This document shows positions 12,088 through 21,347 of a stretch of 64,000 bases of DNA, piece after piece. Each line of letters starts with the position of its first letter. Position 1 is the first letter of the stretch. Origin of the DNA: Candidatus Bathyarchaeota archaeon (lineage in GTDB: Archaea > Thermoproteota > Bathyarchaeia > 40CM-2-53-6); NCBI GenBank assembly GCA_963780265.1, contig CAWABQ010000033.1, positions 3,701-67,700 of the forward strand, given 5' to 3'. A program made the translations under genes and the position numbers. The notes beneath the pieces were generated by a model. It searched no databases and was not told where the DNA came from. It saw only the letters and a list, made by a program, of their open reading frames with translations.

Positions 12088-13014
12088 TTGCCAGACCTCG
12101 CCGTTCTCCTGATGGCTTACGGTACCCCAAACTCAGAGAAAGATATGGAAGGATACATTACCGGCATCAGGCGGGGCCGGAAGCCGACCCTAGATGCTGT
12201 CGAGCACCTGAAAGAGCGGTACAGAAGAATCGGCGGTCGTTCCCCACTGCTCGAGATCTCGAATGCACAAGCCTTAGCCCTTGAGAAAACTCTGAACGCG
12301 CAAGGAGTAAACGCCCGGGTGTATGTTGGCATGAAACATTGGCATCCCTACATCGGTGAAGTTGTTCCTGGTATAGCGAGTGAGGGGTGCCACCGAATTA
12401 TCGCCTTGGCATTGGCCCCACACTATTCCCGAATCAGTATCGGTGGGTACAGACAAGCCCTTGACAACGCTCTTACCGCGACAGGCAACTTACAGGCGGA
12501 TTTCGTTGAGAGCTGGCACGACAACCCAATATTCCATCGCGCCGTCGCGGAGAAGGTCATGGTTGCAATGGCGCATTTTCCCAAGTCAGCGGAAGTCGGA
12601 GTCTTGTTTACAGCGCACAGCCTACCAGAGCGCATCCTTGAACAGAATGACCCATATCCGTCGCAGCTGCGCAGCTCATGCCAAGCCGTAGCAGCCCTCA
12701 TGAAACTTGACCGCTGGTCCTTCGCTTATCAGAGCGCCGGGCAAACAGGCGAGAAATGGCTTGGCCCAGACATTCTGGAATCGCTCCAAGAAATGAGCCA
12801 ACGCGGTAAAGTTGTCAACGTTCTAGTTGTTCCGATAGGCTTCGTCGCCGATCACCTTGAAATCTTATACGACATCGATGTGGAAGCCCAAGAATTCGCA
12901 AATACACATGGTTTGGATCTAATGCGGACTGAGTCCTTGAACACAAGCTCGACTTTCATCCTAGCTCTGGCGGATATTGTTTTGAAACGAGCAAACCGTA
13001 ACAAGTGGGCTTAG
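12088..13014 (+). CDS. hemH: Ferrochelatase (probably coproporphyrin ferrochelatase, CpfC)
   Basis: LLMAYGTP, YRRIGGRSPL, FTAHSLP, YQSAG..WLGPD, GFVADHLEILYDID. Confidence 0.93.
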   Translation: MPDLAVLLMAYGTPNSEKDMEGYITGIRRGRKPTLDAVEHLKERYRRIGGRSPLLEISNAQALALEKTLNAQGVNARVYVGMKHWHPYIGEVVPGIASEGCHRIIALALAPHYSRISIGGYRQALDNALTATGNLQADFVESWHDNPIFHRAVAEKVMVAMAHFPKSAEVGVLFTAHSLPERILEQNDPYPSQLRSSCQAVAALMKLDRWSFAYQSAGQTGEKWLGPDILESLQEMSQRGKVVNVLVVPIGFVADHLEILYDIDVEAQEFANTHGLDLMRTESLNTSSTFILALADIVLKRANRNKWA

Positions 13015-13058
13015 GAAACATCAAGCACGCGTTGGCGTTGTTTTCCCAATATGACAAG

Positions 13059-13418
13059 TCATTTCGCGATTAGTGTCCGTCCTTGGTCTCTAACTTCAGC
13101 TTCGCCGACTGCGATGCGCTTACCCTTGTGAAGAAGGTGTCCCGAGGCTTTCAGGAAGCCTGGTTGAGCGGGTGCGATGAAGTTCACCTTCAGTTCGACC
13201 GTGGTGATAAATTCCTGTGACTTGAGCATGGTGCACAAGGCTAGCCCTACTCCTGAATCGATTAAGACTGCCGCTACGCCACCGTGTCCACACCAGCATC
13301 TTGAGTTAACTGGTTCATGACTTTGACTCGCATCTCGGCGCGTCCCTTGCCGAGTTTTGTCAAATGCATCCCAAGGTGTCTGTAGAATGGCATCTTTGCA
13401 GCTAGTCGCCAAAGCCAT
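13059..13418 (-). pseudogene. PaaI-family hotdog thioesterase, N-terminus disrupted
   Basis: HGGVAAVLID, TVELKVNFIAPA, GKRIAVGEAEV; upstream part is out of frame. Confidence 0.7.
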
Positions 13419-13459
13419 GCCGTCTGACCAGAGGTTGGTTTAGGCAATTTGCGCCACGT

Positions 13460-13750
13460 CTAGATGACGGCGTGTTCGTCTATGTAGAGGGTTGTCAATT
13501 TGCTCGCGAACGTTTCCGTGTCCTTCTGTGTGGCTAAGCCTTCTGGGGAGGCGAAGGCTTTTTTCATACTGTCAGCGTCGTCGAACCACAATTCCACGAC
13601 GCCATGGTAATCCGGGTCCCGGTTAGGCGGACGCTTAACCACGTTAACAACATACTTTCTTAGCCCTGGCATCGTCTTAGCTAGTGGAGCGTGTGTTTCC
13701 AACCAGTATTTGGCGAATTCCTGATCGGTCAGAGTGTCCTTCTTCTTCAA
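13460..13750 (-). CDS. EthD-family dimeric alpha/beta barrel protein (start slightly further upstream)
   Basis: EFAKYWLETHAPLAK.MPGLRKY, GVVELWFDD. Confidence 0.85.
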   Translation of the reverse strand: MKKKDTLTDQEFAKYWLETHAPLAKTMPGLRKYVVNVVKRPPNRDPDYHGVVELWFDDADSMKKAFASPEGLATQKDTETFASKLTTLYIDEHAVI

Positions 13751-13863
13751 TAGGATAATCAGTTTGAACGTAAGGTATCACCCGAATGCGAAAGTATAGT
13801 CTGGCGTTGGATTAAGAAGATATGTGTGCGAACCGAAGGAAGGCGAAGTCCACTTGGTGCTAG

Positions 13864-14748
13864 TTACGTTCGACTGGTTGAGATTAGGATAATGCTGCTT
13901 ATTATTAGCGCAAAACCGACGAACGAAATGTATGAAAACATTTCATGAAAGAACCAGAATCCAAGGATCGCTGCACTGACCGGTTCTACTATCGCAAAGA
14001 CGCTGGCCTTGGTAGCTTCAATCAATCTTAGTCCCCCCATGTACAGAACATACGCTGCTGCGGTGGGGACGATTCCTATCGTCGCAACCAGTTGCCAAGC
14101 AAGAAGGCTATTTGGAATTCGGATCCCCTCTAGGCCAACCATAATTGGAAAAAGGAAAACGGCACCGAAACACATAGCCAGCAAAGACGTGACAGCCGGG
14201 TCCCGTTTCTTCCCTAGAACCTTTCCGAAAATGTACCAGGAGGAGTAGCCTACACCAGAGCCGACCGCCAATAAATCTCCAATCTGAGTTTTCGATGCAA
14301 AAAACAGTTCACCAGTAACTACGCCGAGAATCAGAAACACGCCCAGAATCGAAAGTGCGACGGCAGCTACTTTGGCTTTAGTAAATCGCTCTTTCAGGAT
14401 CAACCATGACAAGACGGCTACGAAAGCTGGAGCGGTGTAAAGCAGCGCGGCTGCATGTTGCACGGTCGTGTAGAGGAATGAAGTGAAGAGTAGTGTTTCG
14501 AAAACTGTAAGGCTGCAGAAGCCGAAACAGGCAAAGAGCACTGCCTCCCGCATTGTCAAGGAAATCTTGTACCGCTTAATTACAACGAGAAGCGCCAAGG
14601 TTGGAATCGCAAAGATTAGTCGATACCATGCGAGCGAGATTGGACCTACATTAGTTTCTGCGTAAGTGATTTTGCTGATTATTCCGGTCGTTCCCCAGAG
14701 GAAACCTGCTCCCATTATGAGCAGTGCTCCCCTCGTTTGGTTGTTCAA
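13864..14748 (-). CDS. EamA/DMT-family transporter
   Basis: About 10 TM; LWGT, LLYTAPAFV, IVEPVSAAILG. Confidence 0.9.
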   Translation of the reverse strand: MNNQTRGALLIMGAGFLWGTTGIISKITYAETNVGPISLAWYRLIFAIPTLALLVVIKRYKISLTMREAVLFACFGFCSLTVFETLLFTSFLYTTVQHAAALLYTAPAFVAVLSWLILKERFTKAKVAAVALSILGVFLILGVVTGELFFASKTQIGDLLAVGSGVGYSSWYIFGKVLGKKRDPAVTSLLAMCFGAVFLFPIMVGLEGIRIPNSLLAWQLVATIGIVPTAAAYVLYMGGLRLIEATKASVFAIVEPVSAAILGFWFFHEMFSYISFVGFALIISSIILISTSRT

Positions 14749-14862
14749 CAGTTCTTCCTACACGGGCCTTTGGGCCGCGCACTAAGTTCCGAACCCTAAA
14801 TATCCCGCAGATAGTTAAAGGGCGGCGGTCGGTAAGACCCGTCGGCGCGGTTTTCAAAGTCT

Positions 14863-15741
14863 GTGAGTGTTCTTCGGTTGTTTCCATCAAAAGGAATGGG
14901 CGCTCTTCTTGTTGCTTCATTCTTCTTTGCTACGAGCGCGATCTTGATCAGGTTTGCAACGGAAGCTTCTGCAATATCGCTCACATTCTTCCGCCTTTTC
15001 ATAGCGGCTTTAGCCATGATTCTATTTGCGTCGGCGAGGCGAAGTTTACGGTTCCTGGGGAGGCGTGACTTAACTCTTGTTGCGATTTCCGGTGTGTTTC
15101 TTAGTCTGCACTTTGCAACTTTCATTTTCGCCGTTAAGGAGACGACGATTGCTAACGCGACTTTCTTGGTAAACACGAGCCCAGTTATGCTCGCAGCGCT
15201 TTCCCCACTCATCATAAAGGAGCGAACAACCTCACGAGAAGCTGTGAGTGTGCTGGTTGCAATGCTGGGGGTTGTTCTTGTCGCACATGCGGGGAACGGG
15301 TTTCAGGCTTTCGGGCTTGCCGACCTGTCCGCTTTACTTGCCGCATTCTTCGTAGCCCTGTACTCAATAGTGGGAAGGTATCTAAGGACGAGCGGCGTTA
15401 GCACAGCCTGCTACACCTCTTACGTATACTCCGTTGCCGCATTGGTTGCGTTACTTATGGTTGGAGTCCTGAGAGAAGCTCCGTTTCGAATGTATGATAT
15501 ACAGAATTTTGTCGCCATTCTGGGTTTAGCGTTCTTGCCTACTGCGGTTGGCCATTCACTCTACAACTATTCCCTCGGGTCGGTGAAGACAGTCACCGCG
15601 AACCTTTTCCCGTTAATGGAACCCGTCTTGGCGTCGCTCTTCGCTATACCGCTCTTCGGTGAAGTTCCCAACCCGATACAGGTTGCGGGGTACATACTAA
15701 TCCTTGTAGCCGTGATAATCGTTGCAACAAATCTCAGATGA
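14863..15741 (+). CDS. EamA/DMT-family transporter
   Basis: About 10 TM; TIANATFLVNTSP, MEPVLASL; divergent from the previous gene. Confidence 0.9.
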   Translation: MSVLRLFPSKGMGALLVASFFFATSAILIRFATEASAISLTFFRLFIAALAMILFASARRSLRFLGRRDLTLVAISGVFLSLHFATFIFAVKETTIANATFLVNTSPVMLAALSPLIIKERTTSREAVSVLVAMLGVVLVAHAGNGFQAFGLADLSALLAAFFVALYSIVGRYLRTSGVSTACYTSYVYSVAALVALLMVGVLREAPFRMYDIQNFVAILGLAFLPTAVGHSLYNYSLGSVKTVTANLFPLMEPVLASLFAIPLFGEVPNPIQVAGYILILVAVIIVATNLR

Positions 15742-15837
15742 GCCTTTAATTAGGCGGCCCCAAAACAGAGGGCCAAGCTATTCCTAATCAAATTGCTCAA
15801 TACGTCAAAATTGTCTCTGGCTGGTCCAAAAGGTTAG

Positions 15838-17133
15838 GTGAGAAGAATGCTCGACGTAAAGTTCGTTCGGGAAAACCCTCAAGTTGTCAAAGAGAACCTA
15901 AAACGAAGGGGGGACGAGGCGAAGATTCCGTGGGTAGACGAACTGTTAGAGAATGATCGGAGGTGGCGTAGCCTCCGGACTGAAGCGGACACACTTCGAA
16001 GCAAGAGGAACAAACTCACGGAACAGATAGCTCAAGCTCGCAGGCAGGGTCAAGACACCTCGCTGTTGGTCAGAGACGCCGAACAGATTCCTGACCAAAT
16101 CAAAACTCTCGAGAAAGAAAGCGTAGACTTGGATAGCAAGATTGTGAACACGCTCATGCAACTGCCTAACATAATGCACGAGAGCGTGCCGGTTGGAACA
16201 GATGAGAATGATAACGTTGAAGTGAGGAAGTGGGGCAAGCTACCAGAATTCAACTTTAAGCCGAAAGACCACATAGACCTAGCCACGCACCTTGGCCTTC
16301 TTGACCTGGAGAGAGCCGCGAAGGTTGCTGGGGCCAGATTCTACTACCTGAGAGGGGACTTGGTGAAACTGAATCATGCTCTAATTAGACTCGCTTTGGA
16401 CTTTTGCGAGATGAAAGGCTACAAGCTAGCCCAGCCACCCTACCTACTGAGGCGCGAAGCAGTCGGAGGTGCAGTCGCACTCTCAGACTTCGAGGATGTC
16501 ATTTACAAGGTGGAAGGTGAAGACCTCTACCTTCTCGCTACATCTGAACACGCCCTGCTCGCCCAACACATGGACGAAATATTGGATGGAAAGAACCTGC
16601 CTCTGAGGTACGGCGGAGTGAGCCCATGCTTCAGAAAGGAGGCTGGTGCACATGGCAAGGACACCAAAGGAATCTTCAGAGTGCACCAATTCGAGAAGGT
16701 CGAACAATTCGTGTTCTGCAAACAGGAACAGTCTTGGGATGAACACGAGAAACTCGTCGCTGTCGCTGAAGAATTCTTTCAGATGCTGAAAATCCCATAC
16801 CGGGTGGTAAACGTTTGCACAGGAGATCTAGGAACCGTCGCCGCCAAGAAGTACGACCTAGAGGCTTGGCTTCCAGGGCAGGGCAAGTACAGGGAATTGG
16901 TCTCCTGCAGCAACTGCACAACGTACCAAGCCGTGCGGTCGAAGGTCAGATTCCGGGAGAGGCCTGACGAACCAACTAAATGGGTTCACACCCTCAACAG
17001 CACGCTCGTCGCCACAGAGAGAGCCATCGTAGCAATCCTAGAGAACTACCAAACCAAAGACGGTTCAATCACAATCCCAGAGACATTACAAGTGTACATG
17101 GGTGGAGCCACCAAAATCAAACCTGCAACATAA
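15838..17133 (+). CDS. serS: Seryl-tRNA synthetase
   Basis: MLDVKFVREN, LATSE, FRKEAG..GIFRVHQFEKVE, ELVSCSNC, HTLNST. Confidence 0.98.
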   Translation: MRRMLDVKFVRENPQVVKENLKRRGDEAKIPWVDELLENDRRWRSLRTEADTLRSKRNKLTEQIAQARRQGQDTSLLVRDAEQIPDQIKTLEKESVDLDSKIVNTLMQLPNIMHESVPVGTDENDNVEVRKWGKLPEFNFKPKDHIDLATHLGLLDLERAAKVAGARFYYLRGDLVKLNHALIRLALDFCEMKGYKLAQPPYLLRREAVGGAVALSDFEDVIYKVEGEDLYLLATSEHALLAQHMDEILDGKNLPLRYGGVSPCFRKEAGAHGKDTKGIFRVHQFEKVEQFVFCKQEQSWDEHEKLVAVAEEFFQMLKIPYRVVNVCTGDLGTVAAKKYDLEAWLPGQGKYRELVSCSNCTTYQAVRSKVRFRERPDEPTKWVHTLNSTLVATERAIVAILENYQTKDGSITIPETLQVYMGGATKIKPAT

Positions 17134-17437
17134 GACAGTAAACGGTATAAGCGGTTCAGTCCGCACGACAGAACGTGCAGTCAATGAGAAACCTGTCGCA
17201 GCGCATGAAAAAATCCACATGTCGCCAATCCGCAAAGTGGCGGCTTTACTTGATGAAGCGCGCGAACGGGGGGACATAATCTCTTTCGGTGGGGGGGCAC
17301 CCAGCGTTCCTCCACCCCAAGGCTTTCTCGAAGAATTCAGCCGCCTACTCACCTCGGACCCCCTGAAAAGTTGCGGCTACACGGGAACGAGAGGCATCCC
17401 AGAACTACGGACAGCAGTCGCAGAGGACGTAAGAAAG
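17102..17437 (+). pseudogene. Class I/II PLP aminotransferase, 5' half (interrupted by transposon; start uncertain)
   Basis: MSPIRKV..DIISFGGGAP..GYTGTRGIPELRTAVAEDVRK, ending at the insertion TSD. Confidence 0.9.
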
Positions 17438-17498
17438 GGTAACGTCAAATCTTCGGTTGCTGGGCAAGTTTGATTTCGTTGTAAAAAATCGGTTGCTG
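17438..17498 (+). repeat. Left terminal and subterminal inverted repeat
   Basis: CGGTTGCT at offsets 16 and 52 and GTAAAA at offset 43 are mirrored at the same offsets from the right end (outer copy AGGTTGCT). Confidence 0.9.
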
Positions 17499-17832
17499 AA
17501 TTAAGGTCGAGTATGCGGCGTTGATCTCTTTCGCTTTCGCATAGTTACGAATCTGATGGCCCACTTTACGTTACCCTAACCTTGGTAACGGCAAGTCCTC
17601 ATCGGACGAACGAAGTTTCTTGTCGTTGTAAAAAACTGTCGGATTTCGACAATAGATCGTGCTCACACAGCGACCCGGTCATGTGACAACAAACTGGAGA
17701 TCAAAAGAGGATTTGGATGAAACATCTTTCGACTGAGCGGACCATTAACGGGTGCTCTCAAGAACGGCGGGTTCATACTTAGTTCTAGCAAACTTTTTTA
17801 CTTCACCGAACGCTGCATAACATGGTCATGAA

Positions 17833-18762
17833 ATGATTAACGGAATAAGTCATATTGGCATTGGCGTCGATGACGTTGATGATTCGCTGAAGTTTTATCA
17901 GGGTTTTCTCGGATTCAGGAACGTGGTTTTTGATTACGAAGGGCTGCTCCCCGGCATGGATCGAGTGGCAGGGAAAACTGGTTTGAAGGCAAGGATCATA
18001 ATGTTGGCAAGCGACAAGGTTTCACCTGTTGCCAGCGGGATGATCAAATTGGTGCAAGTTCTCAATTCGAAGCCGCATCGACCGAAGGTAGAATTCGAAT
18101 GGGGAAACATTGGCATCGCCGAGGTTTGCTTGAGCGTTCACAACATTGAAGCGGTCTACAAGTTGGCCACAGTTGAGAAAGGATTCAAAGCGGTGCTTGC
18201 TCCTTCCTATTACAAGATTTCCGGAGAAGAGTTCAAGGTATGCTATTTTCGGGGTCCCAGCGGAGTCCTAATAGAGTTGATCGAGTGGCAGATGCACAGA
18301 GGGTTTGGAGGGACGCCTGCAATCGAGGCTGTTAACCATGTCGCAATAGGTGTCTCAAACATGGAGAAGTCAGTAAGGTTCTACAGTGATATCCTAGGAT
18401 TCAAAACTGAAATCTTTGACTACGCTGGAGACATGGCTATAGCGGCTCCGATGCTTCCATCACCAACGCCTGACATGAAGATGAAAATGATCTCGAACTC
18501 ATATAAGCCAGCGTATTTGGAGGTCTTTCAACATCTGCCTCCATACAGGCCCCCAATTACTGCGGCTCATTGGGGTGACATCGGGCATATGGAATTCGCG
18601 ATCGAAGTTTCTAATCTTGATAGAACTTATGACCAATTGCTAGAAAAGGGCGTCAAGTTTCTCTGCCCTCCGGAAAAAATGGATTTTCCACCTTCGGGTG
18701 AATGGAAGTACGCTTATGTGGCGGAACCCGATGGATTGATCGTTTCGTTGGTTGAGCACTAA
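17833..18762 (+). CDS. VOC/glyoxalase-family protein with tandem domains (transposon cargo)
   Basis: HIGIGVDD..SLKFY and HVAIGVSNMEKSVRFY; GVLIELIE and PDGLIVSLVE. Confidence 0.88.
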   Translation: MINGISHIGIGVDDVDDSLKFYQGFLGFRNVVFDYEGLLPGMDRVAGKTGLKARIIMLASDKVSPVASGMIKLVQVLNSKPHRPKVEFEWGNIGIAEVCLSVHNIEAVYKLATVEKGFKAVLAPSYYKISGEEFKVCYFRGPSGVLIELIEWQMHRGFGGTPAIEAVNHVAIGVSNMEKSVRFYSDILGFKTEIFDYAGDMAIAAPMLPSPTPDMKMKMISNSYKPAYLEVFQHLPPYRPPITAAHWGDIGHMEFAIEVSNLDRTYDQLLEKGVKFLCPPEKMDFPPSGEWKYAYVAEPDGLIVSLVEH

Positions 18763-18876
18763 TCGCATTTCTTTCCTCTAGGGATGAATACGCACCGTGC
18801 CGTTTGGCCATAAGATGCTACAATATTCGTGTACGCGTAGAAAATAGAGGATTATACAAAAGAATGGATCGGCAGA

Positions 18877-20022
18877 CTAAGATTTTCGACTCGCATTTTG
18901 GATAACCGTTAACCACTTATCTTTTCCTTTGATTTCTATGCCCGCGGCTTCGGCAGGAGTCTTTCCTTTCAGACCTTGGTGTGGCTTAATGTAATTGTGA
19001 AAAATCTGTATTCCAGCTAGAATTGGAGTGTTGGATTTCTCAAGCGTTCTCATAACGCGTTCTCTGTCTCTGATTTCGCCGTTCATTCGTTCCATCTTGT
19101 TGTTGTGAACTGTCCCATCGAAACGAATGTCCTGTATGTGCTCGGGGCGTGACGCAACCTTTTGCGTCCAGAACTCGTCTTTGAACGCTTCGTGAAAGTT
19201 AGGTGCACCATCCGTTATGAGGGTCTTAGGATTCTTGTCTGCAATTCGTTTCGCCTGTTTAAACAGTGGTCTAATGTCGGCTGAGTATTTGGTGTCGGCT
19301 ACTTCTTGGGCGATCCAGAAGCGGGTTTGATCATCCATTATCGCGTAGAGGTACTTCATGTTTCCTCGTACCTTGAGGAATAGTTCGTCTGCTCTCCATG
19401 TGTCTGAGACGTTTGGGGTTATCTTGTCAAGATACTTCTCCATTAGAGCCGTGTATTTCTCTATCCAGTTGTAAACGGTTTGGTGGCTGACTTGCGCACC
19501 AATTAGCTGAAGCGTCTTAGCGGTGTTTCTGAGGGATTCACCTGAGAAGTACATTTGCATCGCTGTGGTGATTGCTTGCGGGTTATGCTTCATTTTCTCG
19601 AAGCCTAGGTTTAGGCTGAATGTTTTGTGGCAATCGAGACAGCAGAAGCGTTGTATGTCTCCGCTCTGGTTGTGTCTTAACCCGAATTTCTTTAGATGGC
19701 TTGAGCCGCACGCCAAACAGGTGGAAATGCTAACTGGCTCAATGATAATGTTCCCTCGAACTTTCTCTCTCATCTCGTAGCGAATTTGACATGCTATAAT
19801 GTGCTTGCAACGGCGTAGTTGTCCATGTCCAGAAATGACGCTACGGTAGGTGAAATCTGGGCAAGTGCAAAGATAGCTGCCGTTCTCTTTCCGTGTTACA
19901 TCGTACATTCCATGCCCTGATTGAGAAGCAACTTTGAAGAAGCGTTCTCCTTGGCGTAGGATTGCGTTTGGTTGCTCGGCGATCAATCGTCCTTTTTCTT
20001 CTCGGCTGAGAGCGGCTTGCAT
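18877..20022 (-). CDS. DDE transposase, IS6/IS240-like, with N-terminal SWIM finger and Zn ribbon
   Basis: SWIM CTCPD..CKH, CxxC..CxxC, HTH VSHQTVYNW, WRADE, ITDG, NNKMER; likely start MQAALS at 20022. Confidence 0.92.
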   Translation of the reverse strand: MQAALSREEKGRLIAEQPNAILRQGERFFKVASQSGHGMYDVTRKENGSYLCTCPDFTYRSVISGHGQLRRCKHIIACQIRYEMREKVRGNIIIEPVSISTCLACGSSHLKKFGLRHNQSGDIQRFCCLDCHKTFSLNLGFEKMKHNPQAITTAMQMYFSGESLRNTAKTLQLIGAQVSHQTVYNWIEKYTALMEKYLDKITPNVSDTWRADELFLKVRGNMKYLYAIMDDQTRFWIAQEVADTKYSADIRPLFKQAKRIADKNPKTLITDGAPNFHEAFKDEFWTQKVASRPEHIQDIRFDGTVHNNKMERMNGEIRDRERVMRTLEKSNTPILAGIQIFHNYIKPHQGLKGKTPAEAAGIEIKGKDKWLTVIQNASRKS

Positions 20023-20034
20023 GTGTTTTCCCTG

Positions 20035-20087
20035 TGTGGTGATATTACTGCATAACAATTATATAAATGTGCGGTAATATTACCGCA
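20035..20087. promoter_or_regulatory. Divergent promoter with two palindromic operators
   Basis: Perfect 18-bp palindrome TGCGGTAATATTACCGCA (20070-20087), 15/18 copy TGTGGTGATATTACTGCA (20035-20052), TTATATAA between them. Confidence 0.75.
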
Positions 20088-20097
20088 TGGTGAAAGA

Positions 20098-20289
20098 TTG
20101 GTACGGAAACAGATACTTGGTGACTGGGAGAGGAAAATTCTAGGCGCTTATCTCAAGGGTGAACGATTGAAAGGCTATACGGCACTACTATCTGACATAC
20201 GCAAAATGGGGCTTAACGCCATCATCAAGGGTTGCGAATTTGATCTAACTATGCTGAAGGAACTCGCGGTAAAAGAGAAAGAACACTAG
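20098..20289 (+). CDS. Small basic helical protein (candidate transposon regulator)
   Basis: 63-aa ORF divergent from the transposase, directly after the palindrome. Confidence 0.6.
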   Translation: MVRKQILGDWERKILGAYLKGERLKGYTALLSDIRKMGLNAIIKGCEFDLTMLKELAVKEKEH

Positions 20290-20366
20290 ATTCAGTGGCT
20301 AAAGAAAGGAAATGTGAGTGTCCAAATCATTACCGCTATGAGAATTTGTTTGAACAATACTGTAGT

Positions 20367-20576
20367 TCATTGATTACGAGTTTCTCGGTGTTTAACCGTC
20401 GGCGCTTCGAAACCGTTCGTTGCCTTGCGCATAACCAAGATGAGAGTAGAAAGAATCAGTTCAGTGCCGCCTAAAACAGCTATCTTGGGGATAAAGCACA
20501 CCACTAGAAAGCCACCTATGGCCGCGACTAGAATAGTTCTAGAAAACCAATCTCCTAGGATGACTCTGTGAACCAT
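20367..20576 (-). CDS. Small 2-TM membrane protein (cargo)
   Basis: Two hydrophobic segments. Confidence 0.45.
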   Translation of the reverse strand: MVHRVILGDWFSRTILVAAIGGFLVVCFIPKIAVLGGTELILSTLILVMRKATNGFEAPTVKHRETRNQ

Positions 20577-20617
20577 ACACGAAAAATAGGAGTTTAACCC
20601 GATTCATTCGGAAGGAC

Positions 20618-21223
20618 ATGGTCACTTTCTTCGACCTAATCTCGTTCCTTGGGGTTGCTTCTCTTTTTGCGTGGCTTGGCTATGGTCCATTGCTCAGTGA
20701 GAAAAAAGCATCCACAGGTCTAGGTACTCTGACAGACTATTTCATGTTCTCGTTCTGGTTCTATTCAATCTCCGCTGGTTTCGATTATCTACATGATTTA
20801 CCTCATTTACAGGGAATCTATGTGACAGTCTACCATTTCTGGACAGGGGTTGTAGTGGCTGGCACTTTCATTTTGGGAACGGAGACATTGGTTGTAGCTT
20901 CGTATTATGTTAGGAAATTCGGTAAGACGCATTTTAGAGAAACGGAAATTCCAGCGTTTAGTTTCGTTATGGAGATAACGTATATCTTGACTTTCGCGGC
21001 GATAAGTTGTGCTGTCGGACTATCGACAGTTATCTCTTTCGTCGGTTTCTGGACTTTTGTGGTATTGTTTGTGGGCGCGATTTACTATGGTTACAAGTAT
21101 GCTAAGTCGTGGCGTAAACCAGACAAGAAAGCTAGAGACGGGATGATCTATCCAGTATTTTTCACGGTTGGATGGCTGGTTCTCTCTTTAGTCATGCATT
21201 GGTTGTTCGGTTGGCCGATCTAG
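20618..21223 (+). CDS. Multi-pass membrane protein of unknown function (cargo)
   Basis: About 6 aromatic-rich hydrophobic segments. Confidence 0.7.
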   Translation: MVTFFDLISFLGVASLFAWLGYGPLLSEKKASTGLGTLTDYFMFSFWFYSISAGFDYLHDLPHLQGIYVTVYHFWTGVVVAGTFILGTETLVVASYYVRKFGKTHFRETEIPAFSFVMEITYILTFAAISCAVGLSTVISFVGFWTFVVLFVGAIYYGYKYAKSWRKPDKKARDGMIYPVFFTVGWLVLSLVMHWLFGWPI

Positions 21224-21286
21224 CAAATTTGGTGTTTTGATTTACGATTATCCACCGACTCTGCCCACTTCTATGACTACCGCTTA

Positions 21287-21347
21287 TAGCAACCGAAATT
21301 TTACAGCCCCAAGAAAAACCGTCAGCAACCTAAGACTTGACGTTACC
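21287..21347 (-). repeat. Right terminal and subterminal inverted repeat
   Basis: AGCAACCGAAATTTTAC...CAGCAACCTAAGACTTGACGTTACC. Confidence 0.9.

Larger units (their letters stand above)
17438..21347. mobile_element. IS6-family-like transposon with passenger genes, 3910 bp
   Basis: TIRs GGTAACGTCAAATCTTCGGTTGCTG (17438-17462) and the reverse complement of 21323-21347 match 23/25; TSD TAAGAAAG at 17430-17437 and 21348-21355; removal restores the aminotransferase frame. Confidence 0.95.
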
